DNA from: Candidatus Hadarchaeota archaeon
GTDB taxonomy: Archaea > Hadarchaeota > Hadarchaeia > Hadarchaeales > JAWBSP01
Length of the DNA stretch: 64,000 nt
Assembly: GCA_964474885.1 (NCBI GenBank)
Contig: CAYYWO010000003.1
Span: 86,226-150,225 of the forward strand
Reading direction: 5' to 3'
Every line of letters starts with the position of its first letter. Position 1 is the first letter of the stretch. Shown here one piece after another: positions 19,307 through 32,528 of this stretch. The notes under the pieces are model-generated. The model searched no databases, was not told where the DNA came from, and worked only from the letters and a program-made list of their open reading frames with translations. The position numbers and the translations under genes are program-made.

Positions 19307-20400
19307 CCGAACCGGTTAGGATGGATCTTACCTGAGCGGATCATGTGATCGGCGAGAGTTATAGCGAGCATAGCTTCTGCCACTGGTACTATCCGCGGAC
19401 ATAAATTGGGATCGAACCTACCAGACAGTTGAATTGTGGCCTCTTTCATGGTTTCTAGATCAACCGTGCGTTGGGGTAGGGAAATCGAGGGCGTCGGTTT
19501 AACAGCGATTCGCACGACGATAGTCTCCCCGGTGGATATGCCCCCGAGGATGCCTCCACAATAATTCTTTTCCAATCCTATTTTCTCACCCTTCAGCACT
19601 ATCGGATCGTTTGCCTGCGAGCCCCTCAGCCTAGCCAAGCGGAACCCCTCCCCGATTTCCACTCCCTTTACGGCCCCTATTGACATCATACCCTTCGCGA
19701 TGTCAGCGTCGAGCTTATCAAAAACAGGCTCCCCTAATCCGGGAGGTACGCCGATGGCGAGCACCTCGATCACACCACCTGTGCTGTCACCCTCTCTCCA
19801 GGCCCTCAGCACTTCCTCCTCCATTAGCTTTGCGGTCTCAGGATCCGCGCACCTCATCGGGTTCTTTTCCACATTCCTTTCTATTTCTTGCAGACTAGGT
19901 GCCCGCTTTATTTTGACGCCGGCGGCCTCGATAACGTGTCCCAGGACCCGGACCCCATGGTAACCCAGGAGTTTCTTAGCGATGGCGCCGCCAGCTACCC
20001 TAGCTACAGTCTCCCGCCCAGCTGCCCTCCCTCCTCCCCGGTAGTCCACGTGCCCAAATTTTAGCCAGTAGCTGAGATCTGCGTGCCCAGGTCTTGGTTT
20101 ACTCTTGATGACCTCGTAGGGTTCCGACTTGACATCCACATTCTCCACCCATAGACAGATTGGGGTTCCGAGGGTCCTCCCTTGGAAAACACCCGAGAGA
20201 ATTCTCACACGGTCCAGCTCCTTTCTAGGTGAGCTTATTGCGGACTGAGCGGGACGTCGCCTATCCAGCTCTTTCTGAACGTCTACATCGCTAAGTGGCA
20301 TCCCAGCAGGCACGCCCTCTACTACCACCCCTATTCCATTGCCGTGGGACTCCCCAAAGGTGGTTACCCTGAAAACCTTACCGAAAGAGTTTCCGCTCAT
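19303..20400 (-). CDS. aroC: Chorismate synthase
   Basis: TTFGESHG, RPGHAD, GILGGISTG, KPTPSI. Confidence 0.96.
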   Translation of the reverse strand: MSGNSFGKVFRVTTFGESHGNGIGVVVEGVPAGMPLSDVDVQKELDRRRPAQSAISSPRKELDRVRILSGVFQGRTLGTPICLWVENVDVKSEPYEVIKSKPRPGHADLSYWLKFGHVDYRGGGRAAGRETVARVAGGAIAKKLLGYHGVRVLGHVIEAAGVKIKRAPSLQEIERNVEKNPMRCADPETAKLMEEEVLRAWREGDSTGGVIEVLAIGVPPGLGEPVFDKLDADIAKGMMSIGAVKGVEIGEGFRLARLRGSQANDPIVLKGEKIGLEKNYCGGILGGISTGETIVVRIAVKPTPSISLPQRTVDLETMKEATIQLSGRFDPNLCPRIVPVAEAMLAITLADHMIRSGKIHPNRFG

Positions 20401-20453
20401 CAAACACTGAATGACGGATTAAATGGGCTAAAACGATCCGCACCATATTTGCA

Positions 20454-21767
20454 ATGTATGGTTACAGAGGGAGAACCAAAGAGTTGCTTCAGAAAATAGG
20501 TGCAAAACCGGGGGACAAGTTGCGGATTGAAAAAGAGGAAGAGGCTTACGAGGGTATCTTGATGCCTAGGAGTGAACTCGCAGATGACAAACATTTGGTT
20601 CTGAAACTCCCCAATGGTTATAATATAGGTGTGCGCGTCGATGAAATAACCGCGATTCGTAAATTGGCAGAGGGCGTTTTTCCGCATCCCCCCTCTCCGA
20701 AAATCCTCCAAGACGCTACAAAACCTCTAGTCGTAATAGTAGGTACGGGTGGTACTATAGCCTCGCGGGTCGATTACAGGACTGGAGCGGTTTATCCTGC
20801 CTTCACCCCCGAGGAGATCTGTTTTTCGGTACCGGAACTCAGAGAGCTAGCCAATCTGAAGGTGGTAGAAGTTTGTAACGTGTTCAGCGAACACATGACA
20901 CCAGAACACTGGAAGAGAATAGCGGAGGAGGTCGCAAGGCAAATCAACAGTGGTGCTAAGGGGATCGTCATAGCTCATGGCACCGATACCATGGCATACA
21001 CGGCAGCAGCTCTCTCTTTCATGCTGCGGGGACTCTCCCGTCCCGTCGTTTTGACAGGTGCTCAGCGCTCTTCAGACAGACCCAGTTCAGATGCAGCTCT
21101 GAACCTCATTTCCTCTGTTGCTGTTGCTACTTCTGACATAGCTGAGGTGTGCGTGGTGATGCATGGATCCCCTTCCGATGACTACTGCCTCATTCACCGA
21201 GGTGTGAGGGTCAGAAAGTGCCACACGAGTAGAAGGGATGCCTTTGTTTCAATTAACGACCAGCCAATTGGCCTGGTGAGAGAGGGCAGGATAGAGCTCC
21301 TGACAAGGGAGTACAGGAAAGCAAGTGAAGGAAAGGTCTTAGTGGATACAAACATAGATCCGCGGGTCGCATTGATCAAAGTGTATCCAGGTATGTCCCC
21401 TTCTCTCATCGAGTCGCTAATCGGAGATCACCACGGGGTGGTTCTTGAAGGAACTGGCCTAGGACACGCGCCCCAGGCGCTCTTCTCCGCAATCAAGCGT
21501 GCGATCGATGCAGGTATGGCAGTGGTCATGACTTCTCAGTGCCTGTGGGGGAGGGTGGATATGAAAGTTTACTCCACAGGAAGAGACTTGCTTCAGCTGG
21601 GTGTCATACCCTGTGAAGATATGCTTCCAGAAGTCGCCTATGTTAAGCTCATGTGGGTCTTGGGGAAGACGAGAGAACTTGGGGAAGTGGCTAGACTTAT
21701 GAAAACAAACATTGCAGGAGAGATATCAAAGCGGAGCAAGCCTGAGGCATTCCCTCACTTTATGTAA
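20454..21767 (+). CDS. gatD: Glu-tRNA(Gln) amidotransferase subunit D
   Basis: KLPNGYNIG, TGGTIASRVDYRTG, HGTDTM, GAQRSSDRPSSD. Confidence 0.96.
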   Translation: MYGYRGRTKELLQKIGAKPGDKLRIEKEEEAYEGILMPRSELADDKHLVLKLPNGYNIGVRVDEITAIRKLAEGVFPHPPSPKILQDATKPLVVIVGTGGTIASRVDYRTGAVYPAFTPEEICFSVPELRELANLKVVEVCNVFSEHMTPEHWKRIAEEVARQINSGAKGIVIAHGTDTMAYTAAALSFMLRGLSRPVVLTGAQRSSDRPSSDAALNLISSVAVATSDIAEVCVVMHGSPSDDYCLIHRGVRVRKCHTSRRDAFVSINDQPIGLVREGRIELLTREYRKASEGKVLVDTNIDPRVALIKVYPGMSPSLIESLIGDHHGVVLEGTGLGHAPQALFSAIKRAIDAGMAVVMTSQCLWGRVDMKVYSTGRDLLQLGVIPCEDMLPEVAYVKLMWVLGKTRELGEVARLMKTNIAGEISKRSKPEAFPHFM

Positions 21768-22471
21768 CTTTCTTCTCCTCTTGTTAGACCAGGAAACTCA
21801 TATTTCATCAGGATTGAGGGACGGTACCTTTCCTCCATATCCTCCAAGTCGACCTTTAGATCCAGCATTCGGCACAAAACTTCTAGGATGTTTCTGGCAG
21901 CCCTTACATCCGCCACGCCACCATGAGTAGTTCCTAATACACAGAGCCCCTTCATCCCCCATAGGGGAGAAAGACAGGGAAGCAATCCGTTCATCCCTAC
22001 AATCACACCTCCCTGCAGGATTTCAACCCCATATCTTTTCAACAATTCGAGACCCTCCTCGTTCGTAGCAGTCCCAACAACAGGTTTTCTCCGTTCTCGA
22101 GGAGATAGGACATAGGCAGCAGCCGTGATCACCGTTTTGACTCCAAGCTGTTTGGCAACCTTTAAAACTTCCTCGGTCAGGCTGTATTGTCCAAAAGAGC
22201 TAACAGCTTGAGCTTCTGATGTCAACAGAATGAGGGGTTCCCCCCTGGCTTGGTAAAACTTTAACTTGATGTTGCTCACCAGTCCATCTTCCTGTTTGAT
22301 GGTCCATTCCGGCAGGTACTCTGAGTACAGTTCTAAGAAGAGTTCTCCCTCCAAGGAATTTATCAGATGCTCTACCACGATTTTCCCAATACTCGCTATT
22401 CCGGGAAAGCCCGCGATAAGTATGGATGGTTCTTTGAGTTTAGGCTTCGTGATGTACCTGAGATGAGACAC
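21755..22471 (-). CDS. Second PAC2-family protein
   Basis: LIAGFPGIASIGK, IVGMNGLL; GTG 22471 preferred as start. Confidence 0.8.
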   Translation of the reverse strand: MSHLRYITKPKLKEPSILIAGFPGIASIGKIVVEHLINSLEGELFLELYSEYLPEWTIKQEDGLVSNIKLKFYQARGEPLILLTSEAQAVSSFGQYSLTEEVLKVAKQLGVKTVITAAAYVLSPRERRKPVVGTATNEEGLELLKRYGVEILQGGVIVGMNGLLPCLSPLWGMKGLCVLGTTHGGVADVRAARNILEVLCRMLDLKVDLEDMEERYRPSILMKYEFPGLTRGEESYIK

Positions 22472-22507
22472 GCTTAAGTTGGTTACGCTTGTATTTATCT
22501 TTTTAGA

Positions 22508-23398
22508 TTGGAGAGACACGTTTTGCCATTGGCCGCCGAAAGCTTGGGCGTTAGAAGTATGGCTACTTTCATCAGAGCAGGTGATGTAAACATTCTAGTT
22601 GATCCAGGATGCGCTCTTGCAATGAGGTTCTCCTTGCGTCCCCATGAGGAAGAGTACCTGAGCCTGACTGAAGCTAGGGAAAGGATTCTTCAAGCATCCG
22701 CGAAGGCTGATGTCGTGATAATAAGTCACTATCACTTAGATCATTACACGCCATACTATCGTGACCTTCAGTGGATCCAAAGTTCGCCAGAATATGCGAG
22801 GAAACTCTATCAAGGAAAAGTTTTGCTCGTCAAAGACTTGGAGCATTTACCGCCCGTGCAAAGGAAAAGAGGGTATTTCCTACAGAAACAAAGTAGGGAG
22901 GTCTGTAAGGAGATACAGGTGGCGGACGGCCAGCGGTTTAAGTGGGGAAAAACTGAGATAGAGTTTTCCGAGCCCCTCCCTCATGGTTTTTCCGCCCAGC
23001 CTTTGGTGCTCGGGGTTCGCGTCAAGTCTCCCAGACTTCGGCTGGCCTTCATCCCAGACTTTCAAGGTGCTAGTTCTGATGTGGTCAGACTCATTCTGAG
23101 GTGGAAACCGGACCTGTTGATAACAGGTGGTCCACCCCTCTACCTCTCAGGTTTCCGGATAGGGAAAGAAGAAATCTCAACTGCAATGGAGAATTTCCTG
23201 AAATTGGCAGCGAGGATCCCGAGGATGGTGATCGATCACCATCTATTCAGATCAGAAGAAGGTCTAGACTTCCTTAACAAGATATCCCGTGAGGCTAAGA
23301 AGTTTGGACATCGAGTGGAGAGTGTGGCGGGGTTTTTGAAAACTGACCTCAAGTTGCTAGAGGCTCGGAGGAAAGAATTGTATGCATCTAAATTCTAG
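22508..23398 (+). CDS. Metallo-beta-lactamase-fold protein (UPF0282-like)
   Basis: AAESLGVRSMAT, ISHYHLDH, GGPPLYL, IDHHL. Confidence 0.85.
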   Translation: MERHVLPLAAESLGVRSMATFIRAGDVNILVDPGCALAMRFSLRPHEEEYLSLTEARERILQASAKADVVIISHYHLDHYTPYYRDLQWIQSSPEYARKLYQGKVLLVKDLEHLPPVQRKRGYFLQKQSREVCKEIQVADGQRFKWGKTEIEFSEPLPHGFSAQPLVLGVRVKSPRLRLAFIPDFQGASSDVVRLILRWKPDLLITGGPPLYLSGFRIGKEEISTAMENFLKLAARIPRMVIDHHLFRSEEGLDFLNKISREAKKFGHRVESVAGFLKTDLKLLEARRKELYASKF

Positions 23399-25193
23399 GG
23401 GGGGCTTCGATACCTAGGAGATTGAGGGCATCCGCCAATACCGTTTTGACGCACGACACGAGCTTGAGTCTTGCAGCCCTCAACCCTCTCTCAGCTTTTA
23501 GCACTGGTGCCTTCTCGTAAAAGGAATTGAAGACAGAGGAGAGGGTGGAACAGTACCGTGTAAGAATGTTGGGTTTTAGTTGGGAGGCAGAAGCTCTCAG
23601 AGTTTCAGGGTATCTCGCGAGCAACTTTACGAGCTCTTTCTCCTCCTGCAGATGCAATTTTTCCCAGTCGGGTTGCTCGATTTTTTTAGCTTTTCTGAGA
23701 ATGCTGCAGGCTCGGGCATGCGAGTATTGAATAGCAGGCCCACTGTTCCGTTCCAAATTCAATGCCTCCTCCCACTTAAAGGTTATTTTCTTTTCGGGAG
23801 CAGTAGACAGCAACGAAAATCTGAGAGCCCCTATTCCGATGATCCTAGAAACCTTTTGTTTGAATCTTTCACTCTCAGAAGGGCTCTTCTGTTCCACGAT
23901 CTCCCGTGCCCTATTCACGGCTTCCTTAACGGCATCATCCAGCGTATACCCTATCCAAGTTCCTTTCCTTCCCGAAAACTTCCCTGTGGGCAACTCTACA
24001 TGCTCATAAGCTAGATGGAAAGAATTAGCGAATTCCTTTTCAAACCCTAGCAATTTCAGGGTTGCGAAAACTGCTTTTTGCATATCCCTTTGTTCGGATC
24101 CGATGACGTTTATGACGATATCCGCATTTCCGAACCTTCTGCTCGATCTCCCGTTTTTGTGGGTGGTGAACATGTCAAACCAGGATTTGAATTTAAGCGC
24201 TCTTTCTGTCTTCCCGAATTTCCAGAGTTGATAAGCTATGTCCCGTGTGAGATAAAGGGAGGTCCCGTCTGACCTCACTAGGATTTTGTCTTCCAGGCCC
24301 AAGTCTGCGAGTTTTAGTACCAGCGCGCCTTCCCTTTGCTCGATCCTTCCTATCTTCTTGAGCTTACTTAGGATTTCATCCACGAGTCCCGCCTCTAGTA
24401 TGTCACTTTCCCAGACGAGTAAGTCATACTTGATCCCGAGCTTTTTCGTGGTTGCGAAATTCGCCCTGAGGCAGGCTTCGGCTATGGATCTGGCCATTCG
24501 CCTAGTTCTCCTTTTCCCTCTTTCCAGCTCCTTCAGGATCCTCCTGGTCTCCCCCTGCAGGCTTGGCTCTCGCTGTAGCAGTTCTTGAATCTTCACGTAC
24601 ATCAGCCCCAATGCATGGTCAAACTTGGTTTTCGGTCTGGGCACTTTTTCCCAAGCAAGCAGAATTTCTGCCATTTGGAGTCCCAGATCGTCGATGTAGT
24701 TATGCACCTCCACCCTATATCCGAGTTTTCGGTAAATTCTAGCGAGACAATCCCCCAAGACAGCATTTCTTGCATGCCCTATGTGCAAGGGCTTGGTAGG
24801 ATTTATGCTGGTATGCTCGATGATCACCTTCTTTTTCCTTTCTTCGCTACCGAATTTGGAGCCCAGCTTGTCGATCAGATCAGAGGTGAGCTGAGCCAAG
24901 AGAGGGATTTTCACCTTGAAATTCAGATAACCCCTGCACGCTTCCACCCCATCCACGAGCCCGGATGGCTCGATCTCATCTCGGATTTTCTGCGCCAAAC
25001 TGTGGGGATTTTCCTTCAAGCGCTTGGCAACGGAGAAGCAGACATTGGAGGTGAGATCCCCCAGCTCTGGACTGGGCGGTATGTCAAGGCTGCTTTCCAG
25101 TTCCGGTACCTCAAGCGAGAGACGCTGTAATCCAGTGTTTAGGCATTCTAAAACCTGCTCCTTGAACTTTCCCCAGGGATCGTCTTTCCCCAT
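23388..25193 (-). CDS. argS: Arginyl-tRNA synthetase
   Basis: EHTSINPTKPLHIGHARN, KFSGRKG, QYSHARACSIL, DALR-type C-terminus. Confidence 0.96.
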   Translation of the reverse strand: MGKDDPWGKFKEQVLECLNTGLQRLSLEVPELESSLDIPPSPELGDLTSNVCFSVAKRLKENPHSLAQKIRDEIEPSGLVDGVEACRGYLNFKVKIPLLAQLTSDLIDKLGSKFGSEERKKKVIIEHTSINPTKPLHIGHARNAVLGDCLARIYRKLGYRVEVHNYIDDLGLQMAEILLAWEKVPRPKTKFDHALGLMYVKIQELLQREPSLQGETRRILKELERGKRRTRRMARSIAEACLRANFATTKKLGIKYDLLVWESDILEAGLVDEILSKLKKIGRIEQREGALVLKLADLGLEDKILVRSDGTSLYLTRDIAYQLWKFGKTERALKFKSWFDMFTTHKNGRSSRRFGNADIVINVIGSEQRDMQKAVFATLKLLGFEKEFANSFHLAYEHVELPTGKFSGRKGTWIGYTLDDAVKEAVNRAREIVEQKSPSESERFKQKVSRIIGIGALRFSLLSTAPEKKITFKWEEALNLERNSGPAIQYSHARACSILRKAKKIEQPDWEKLHLQEEKELVKLLARYPETLRASASQLKPNILTRYCSTLSSVFNSFYEKAPVLKAERGLRAARLKLVSCVKTVLADALNLLGIEAPPRI

Positions 25194-25205
25194 CGATTTA
25201 TTACT

Positions 25206-26084
25206 CTACTCGAGACCCAGTCTTTTCCACTCTTGGTCAACGAGCTCCTGGAACTTTTGGATCTCCTCCTGCGTCAGATGTCTGAACCTCCCCTGCAGCT
25301 TCAGGTACTCCGAGACAGGGATCCTCTTGGAGGGTTTGAAAGTGACTCTCATCTGACCGTGTTCTATTTCGTAAAGCACCCAACAGCCGCTCTCCACAGC
25401 CTTTCTGGCTACCTGTATGGTTTTGCTGGAATCGAATCTCCAGCCCGGGGGGCAGGGGCATTGGATATGAATGTAGCATGGCCCCTTTATGTATTTAGCT
25501 TTCTTTATCTTTTGGTACAAATCTAAAGGGTATCCGACGGAGGCTGTAGCAACGTAAGGAGCGCGGTGGGCAGCTATTATGGCGGGCACATCCTTCTTCC
25601 ATTGCCTCTTCCCCCTACCCACTTTTCCAGCAGGAGTTGTGGTTGTCCAGGCGAGAAAGGGGGTAGTTCCGCTTCTTTGTATGCCCGTGTTCATGTAAGC
25701 CTCGTTGTCTGTGCAAATGTAGATGAAGTCGTGTCCCCTTTCGACGGCTCCAGAGAGCGCCTGCAGTCCGATGTCGGCAGTTCCTCCATCCCCCGCGAAG
25801 GCAACGACTTTCACATCCTTTTTACCCAATTTCTTTAGAGCGCATTCAATCCCGGATGCTACCGCGGCAGCGTTTTCGAACGCAACGTGTATGTACGGCA
25901 CCCTCCAGGCAGTCTGTGGGTAGGGTGTGCTCACTACTTCTCCACACCCAGTTGCCTGAACAACGATCACGTTCCTGCCTAGAGCCTTCAGGGCAATCCT
26001 TATAGCTAGGGCCTCGCCACAGCCAGGACAGGCCCTATGGCCGGGAGCTAGCAGCTCTTCCTCAATCTCGAGCAGTTCCTTCAT
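25206..26084 (-). CDS. porB: Pyruvate/2-oxoacid:ferredoxin oxidoreductase beta subunit
   Basis: [30 protein letters not shown]. Confidence 0.92.
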   Translation of the reverse strand: MKELLEIEEELLAPGHRACPGCGEALAIRIALKALGRNVIVVQATGCGEVVSTPYPQTAWRVPYIHVAFENAAAVASGIECALKKLGKKDVKVVAFAGDGGTADIGLQALSGAVERGHDFIYICTDNEAYMNTGIQRSGTTPFLAWTTTTPAGKVGRGKRQWKKDVPAIIAAHRAPYVATASVGYPLDLYQKIKKAKYIKGPCYIHIQCPCPPGWRFDSSKTIQVARKAVESGCWVLYEIEHGQMRVTFKPSKRIPVSEYLKLQGRFRHLTQEEIQKFQELVDQEWKRLGLE

Positions 26085-26085
26085 G

Positions 26086-27258
26086 TCAGAGGACCTCCTT
26101 CCTGAGCCCTAGCCATTTCACAGGGGTCTCTATCTTCCTCCTAGCGACGCACTTTTTGATCGTTTCGATTGTTTCCTCCACATGGTCGAGCTTCACGTCC
26201 CTCCCCCCCAAACCGCAGATGAAGTCCATCACCAGGGGACGTCGGTCAGAGTTTTGGATGGCAGTTGTTACGTCAGCGTACAGCGCACCAGTTGCGCCCA
26301 AGGAGATGTCCTTCTCCATCACCGCGATTCCTTCAGCACTCTCCAGCGAACCTAGGATCTCTCGGTGGGGGAATGGTCGGTAGCACCTAACCTTAATCAT
26401 TCCTACTTTGTCACCCCGCTCTCTTCTTTTGTCTATTACTTCTTTAACGGTCCCGCTGAGCGAGCCCATTGTTATCACCACGACTTCAGCGTCGTCGCAC
26501 CGATAATTTTCGATCAATCCATACCCGCGACCGAATCTCCGTTCAAAGTCTCGGTCGACTTCGATGACTTTTTCTTTTGCCTCCCTCACAGCCTCGTGGA
26601 GCGCGTATCTGAACTCCTGATAATACTCCGGTACTCCTACGGGCCCCATGGTCACCGGGTTCTCAGGATCAAGTTTGTAAGGCGGCTGATAGGGCGGAAG
26701 GAATTCGTCAACCGAGCTCTGGTCTGGGACATCAACCACTTCCGCTGTGTGTGAAAGGATGTATCCATCATAGCAGACCATGACGGGCAGGTGCACGCTT
26801 TCGCCAATCTTATACGCCTGAATGATGGAATCTAGTATCTCTTGGTTGTTCTCGCAGTAAAGCTGGATCCAGCCGCAATCGCGGACTGAGATGGAATCCT
26901 GCTGGTCGCACCATATGCTGATGGGGGCAGAGAGGGATCGGTTGACGTTTGCCATCACGATAGGCAGCCGCAGCCCGGCGGCTATGTACAGTATTTCGCT
27001 CATGAGCGCCAAACCTTGGGAAGAAGTGGCAGTAAAGGCCCTAGCCCCTGCGGCAGCCGCACCCACACAGACGCTCAGGGCACTGTGCTCGGACTCCACT
27101 TCGACGAATTCGGCATCCAGCTCACCATTGGCGACAAACTCAGCTAATTTTTCCACCGAGACCGTCTGGGGGGTTATGGGATAAGCAGAAATCACTTGTG
27201 CCCTGGCCAGTTTCGCCCCGAAGGCGGCAGCTTCGTTTCCCGTTAAGACGAGCTTCAT
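26086..27258 (-). CDS. porA: Pyruvate/2-oxoacid:ferredoxin oxidoreductase alpha subunit
   Basis: [23 protein letters not shown]. Confidence 0.92.
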   Translation of the reverse strand: MKLVLTGNEAAAFGAKLARAQVISAYPITPQTVSVEKLAEFVANGELDAEFVEVESEHSALSVCVGAAAAGARAFTATSSQGLALMSEILYIAAGLRLPIVMANVNRSLSAPISIWCDQQDSISVRDCGWIQLYCENNQEILDSIIQAYKIGESVHLPVMVCYDGYILSHTAEVVDVPDQSSVDEFLPPYQPPYKLDPENPVTMGPVGVPEYYQEFRYALHEAVREAKEKVIEVDRDFERRFGRGYGLIENYRCDDAEVVVITMGSLSGTVKEVIDKRRERGDKVGMIKVRCYRPFPHREILGSLESAEGIAVMEKDISLGATGALYADVTTAIQNSDRRPLVMDFICGLGGRDVKLDHVEETIETIKKCVARRKIETPVKWLGLRKEVL

Positions 27259-27527
27259 TTGGTCTCCTCCATTTCCATTCGTATGGCTTTTCTAGGACAC
27301 TCAGTGCTGCAAATACCACAGCCCTTGCAGTAGCGGTAGTCTATCTCGATGGGCTTTCCTTTCTTTATCGCACCATCGGGGCAGTACAACCAGCAGAGAC
27401 CGCATCCTACGCATTTCTCCGCATCGACAACGGGTTTGAGGGTTCTCCAGCCCCCAGTCTCATATTCGACGGTGCTCCCAGGCTTTGTGATCACAGCTCC
27501 CAGCGTTATTTTTTCAGCTCCTTTCAT
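27255..27527 (-). CDS. porD: 2-oxoacid:ferredoxin oxidoreductase delta subunit, 2x[4Fe-4S]
   Basis: TGGWRT; [12 protein letters not shown]; [12 protein letters not shown]. Confidence 0.92.
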   Translation of the reverse strand: MKGAEKITLGAVITKPGSTVEYETGGWRTLKPVVDAEKCVGCGLCWLYCPDGAIKKGKPIEIDYRYCKGCGICSTECPRKAIRMEMEETK

Positions 27528-28044
27528 AAGCCTCCCTCACAGCTTGCAGGTTCTTCTGAATCAGCTGCTCTTTTCCCACAAAATGGGAACGTATGGCCTC
27601 CATCACTGAATCAAGGGTTACAAGTTTGGTCGCCTTGGCAAGCACGCCCAAGATGGCTGTATTGGTGATGGGGGCGCCCAGCCACTTCAGCGCAATCGAT
27701 GTCACGTCGAAATGAACCACTTTACCACACCATTTCAGTTTCGGCATTTTATCTGAATTGATTATTAGCATACCCTCCTTTTTCAGACCAGCAGTAACGT
27801 TAACTGTTTCAAGCAAGGTAGAGTCCAAAACCACCACGTAATCTGGAGTGTATATTTGGGATCTCAACCTGATGGGGGAATCCGAAATCCTGGTGTAGGA
27901 CGTGACAGGTGCCCCCCTTCTTTCAGCTCCAAAGAATGGGAATGCTTGACAATACTTTCCTTCCAAATGAGCAGCTTTGGCGAGCAATTGGGCGGCAGTA
28001 ACAGCTCCTTGACCTCCCCTACCATGCCAACGGACTTCAATCAT
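27514..28044 (-). CDS. porG: 2-oxoacid:ferredoxin oxidoreductase gamma subunit
   Basis: [24 protein letters not shown]. Confidence 0.92.
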   Translation of the reverse strand: MIEVRWHGRGGQGAVTAAQLLAKAAHLEGKYCQAFPFFGAERRGAPVTSYTRISDSPIRLRSQIYTPDYVVVLDSTLLETVNVTAGLKKEGMLIINSDKMPKLKWCGKVVHFDVTSIALKWLGAPITNTAILGVLAKATKLVTLDSVMEAIRSHFVGKEQLIQKNLQAVREAYERS

Positions 28045-28078
28045 AGGCAAAAAACTTCTACCTCAGCCTTAAATCATT

Positions 28079-30299
<2,221 letters not shown>

Positions 30300-30350
30300 T
30301 CCTTTGGTTTTCAACAGTTTTAGAAGTCTAGGTTAAGAATAAAGATTTGT

Positions 30351-30424
30351 GCGGCCGTAGTCTAGCCAGGTTAGGACTCAGGCTCCCCGGGCCTGATGCG
30401 CGGGTTCAAATCCCGCCGGCCGCA
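30351..30424 (+). tRNA. tRNA-Gly(CCC) with atypical anticodon loop
   Basis: Acceptor stem GCGGCCG/CGGCCGC+A; anticodon arm CAGGC-TCCCCGG-GCCTG; T arm GCGGG-TTCAAAT-CCCGC. Confidence 0.8.
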
Positions 30425-30452
30425 TAGTTTTTGAGAAGTAGAAGATGAGTAG

Positions 30453-31208
30453 ATGGAGCTTAGGACAACGTCCACCATCATCGATCGGGCTCTTTATAGG
30501 TTCAGGGAAGGTTTGGAAGCGGATGTGATTATTGCAGGGGCTGGCCCCTCCGGGATGGTAGCTGCCAGGCAACTAGCGAGGAAGAATCTGAGGGTCGTGA
30601 TCTTTGAGAGAAACCTTTACACGGGAGGGGGACTTTGGGGGGGCGGAATGTTCCTCCCTTGTGCGATCGTGGAGAAAGAAGCCAGCTCAATTTTGACCGA
30701 GTGTGGGGTCAGGTTGAAAGAGGCTGAGGAAGAATTTCTCAGCTTCGATCCTGTGGAGGCGGCGTGCAAGCTTACAGCCTCTGCCATCGATGCGGGTGCA
30801 CGTATCTTTGTTGGAATAGCTGTAGAGGACCTGATAGTGAAAGATGGCAGAGTACAGGGTGTGGTTGTGAACTGGACGGCTATTGAGAGGGCTGGGATGC
30901 ATGTCGATCCACTTGGCATCCCAGCTAAAGTAGTGGTGGACGCAACCGGACATGATGCAAACCTCGTCAGAATCTTGAAGCATAAGCTCAGGAAAGATTG
31001 GGATATCGGAGAAGGGCCGATGTGGGCGGAGGCAGCCGAGAGGGACATCATCAACAGAACTGGCGAATTTTTCCCAGGGCTTTTTGTCACAGGAATGGCG
31101 GTTGCGTCCGCCTACAGATTGCCCCGCATGGGACCCATCTTCGGTGGTATGCTTTTGTCAGGGGTAAGGGTAGCGGATCAGATAGCTTCTCACTTGAGCA
31201 GAAGGTAA
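30453..31208 (+). CDS. thi4: Thiazole synthase Thi4, sulfide-dependent type
   Basis: GAGPSG, GGGLWGGG, MHVDP, DATGHDA, RMGPIFGGMLLSG. Confidence 0.93.
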   Translation: MELRTTSTIIDRALYRFREGLEADVIIAGAGPSGMVAARQLARKNLRVVIFERNLYTGGGLWGGGMFLPCAIVEKEASSILTECGVRLKEAEEEFLSFDPVEAACKLTASAIDAGARIFVGIAVEDLIVKDGRVQGVVVNWTAIERAGMHVDPLGIPAKVVVDATGHDANLVRILKHKLRKDWDIGEGPMWAEAAERDIINRTGEFFPGLFVTGMAVASAYRLPRMGPIFGGMLLSGVRVADQIASHLSRR

Positions 31209-31519
31209 CTGAAAAGGGAGACAGTTATGTAGACAAGGATTCCAAGGAGTATCGAGATCAGTCCGATTCTCTCGGTGGCGTAGTAAACAACGGACAGGTA
31301 TAGAAGCCAAGCGGGTAGCACGAAGAAAAGCCCTAAGATGTAATCACGAACAGGCTGTATCCCCCCTTCAATGTAGACGGTGACGAAAGTCATGACGGTC
31401 ATAGCAGGAAACATGGCGACGAAAGCTGCTACCCACCCCCTTCCCTGCGAGCCCAAATAGGTCACCAAGGCTATCACTGTCCCCCCTACCACAAAATAAA
31501 GCAGGTATCTTTCGAGCAT
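31190..31519 (-). CDS. Small membrane protein (DUF3147/GlpM-like)
   Basis: Four TM segments; LYFVVGG..AAFVAMFP. Confidence 0.65.
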   Translation of the reverse strand: MLERYLLYFVVGGTVIALVTYLGSQGRGWVAAFVAMFPAMTVMTFVTVYIEGGIQPVRDYILGLFFVLPAWLLYLSVVYYATERIGLISILLGILVYITVSLFSYLLLK

Positions 31520-31581
31520 TCTAATCCAATTTCCTCATGCAGCAATTTTTAGCACCATAGTAGCTGTAACTTCATTTTTTG

Positions 31582-32505
31582 ATGCCAGCCAACCTCCCGC
31601 CTGAGTACCTCAAGGTTGAGGAGGAGTACAGGCGAGCTAGGACTCTCGAAGAGAAACTGAGGCTGACGGAGGAGTTGATCAGGCTGGCGCCGAAACACAA
31701 GGGAACCGAAAAGCTTCTGAAGATGCTCAAGCAAAGGGTGAAGAAGCTCCGCCAAGAGATGGAAAGTAAAAAATTGAAGAAAACGGGGGCAGCGATATCT
31801 TTCGCCATCAGGAAAGAGGGTGCGGGTCAAGTAGTTTTGCTTGGACTGCCCAATTCGGGAAAATCCACTCTACTGGCCCGTCTCACCTCAGCGAAACCAA
31901 AAATAGAGGAGCACCCCTTTACTACGGTTAGACCCATCCCCGGAATGATGAACTACGAAGATGTACGGATCCAACTGGTCGAGGCTCCTGCGATCATTGA
32001 GGGCTCAGCAGAGGGGAAGGGTTTTGGTTTGGCCCCGTTGAGCCTTGCTAGGACAGCAGATGCCGTGCTATTGGTTGTGGAGGCACCCGATGCTTCAAGG
32101 CAGCTTTCGGTTTTGCTTGGCGAGTTGAAGAAGGCCGGAGTAGATTTGGATCTGGAGCGTACGGCAGTCGTATTAACAAAGTGCGGCAATTTCCCAGCGG
32201 AAAGCTCATTCTCAGATTTCAAAGTGTTTCGGTGGGATGATCCGTCTCTTCCTAAGCACATCTTTCAGCTTCTAAATGTGATCAGGGTTTACACGAAGAA
32301 ACCGGGGGAGAGTCCAGTCGATAAGCCTATGATACTCCCAAAGGGCTCAACGGTTTTGGACGCCGCCGAGAGGATACATAGGGAGTTCGCGGAAAAACTC
32401 TCATTTGCGAGAGTTTGGGGATCCTCCCGTTTTCCGGGTCAAAGAGTCTCAAAAGATTACGTGCTGGCGGATGGAGATATCGTAGAGTTCCACTTGAAAG
32501 GTTAA
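31582..32505 (+). CDS. OBG/DRG-family GTPase with TGS domain
   Basis: MPANLPPE, PKHKGTE, GLPNSGKS, PFTT, IRVYTK, GQRV..DGDIVE. Confidence 0.9.
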   Translation: MPANLPPEYLKVEEEYRRARTLEEKLRLTEELIRLAPKHKGTEKLLKMLKQRVKKLRQEMESKKLKKTGAAISFAIRKEGAGQVVLLGLPNSGKSTLLARLTSAKPKIEEHPFTTVRPIPGMMNYEDVRIQLVEAPAIIEGSAEGKGFGLAPLSLARTADAVLLVVEAPDASRQLSVLLGELKKAGVDLDLERTAVVLTKCGNFPAESSFSDFKVFRWDDPSLPKHIFQLLNVIRVYTKKPGESPVDKPMILPKGSTVLDAAERIHREFAEKLSFARVWGSSRFPGQRVSKDYVLADGDIVEFHLKG

Positions 32506-32528
32506 TTAGCTGGTCGAGTTTTATTTTT

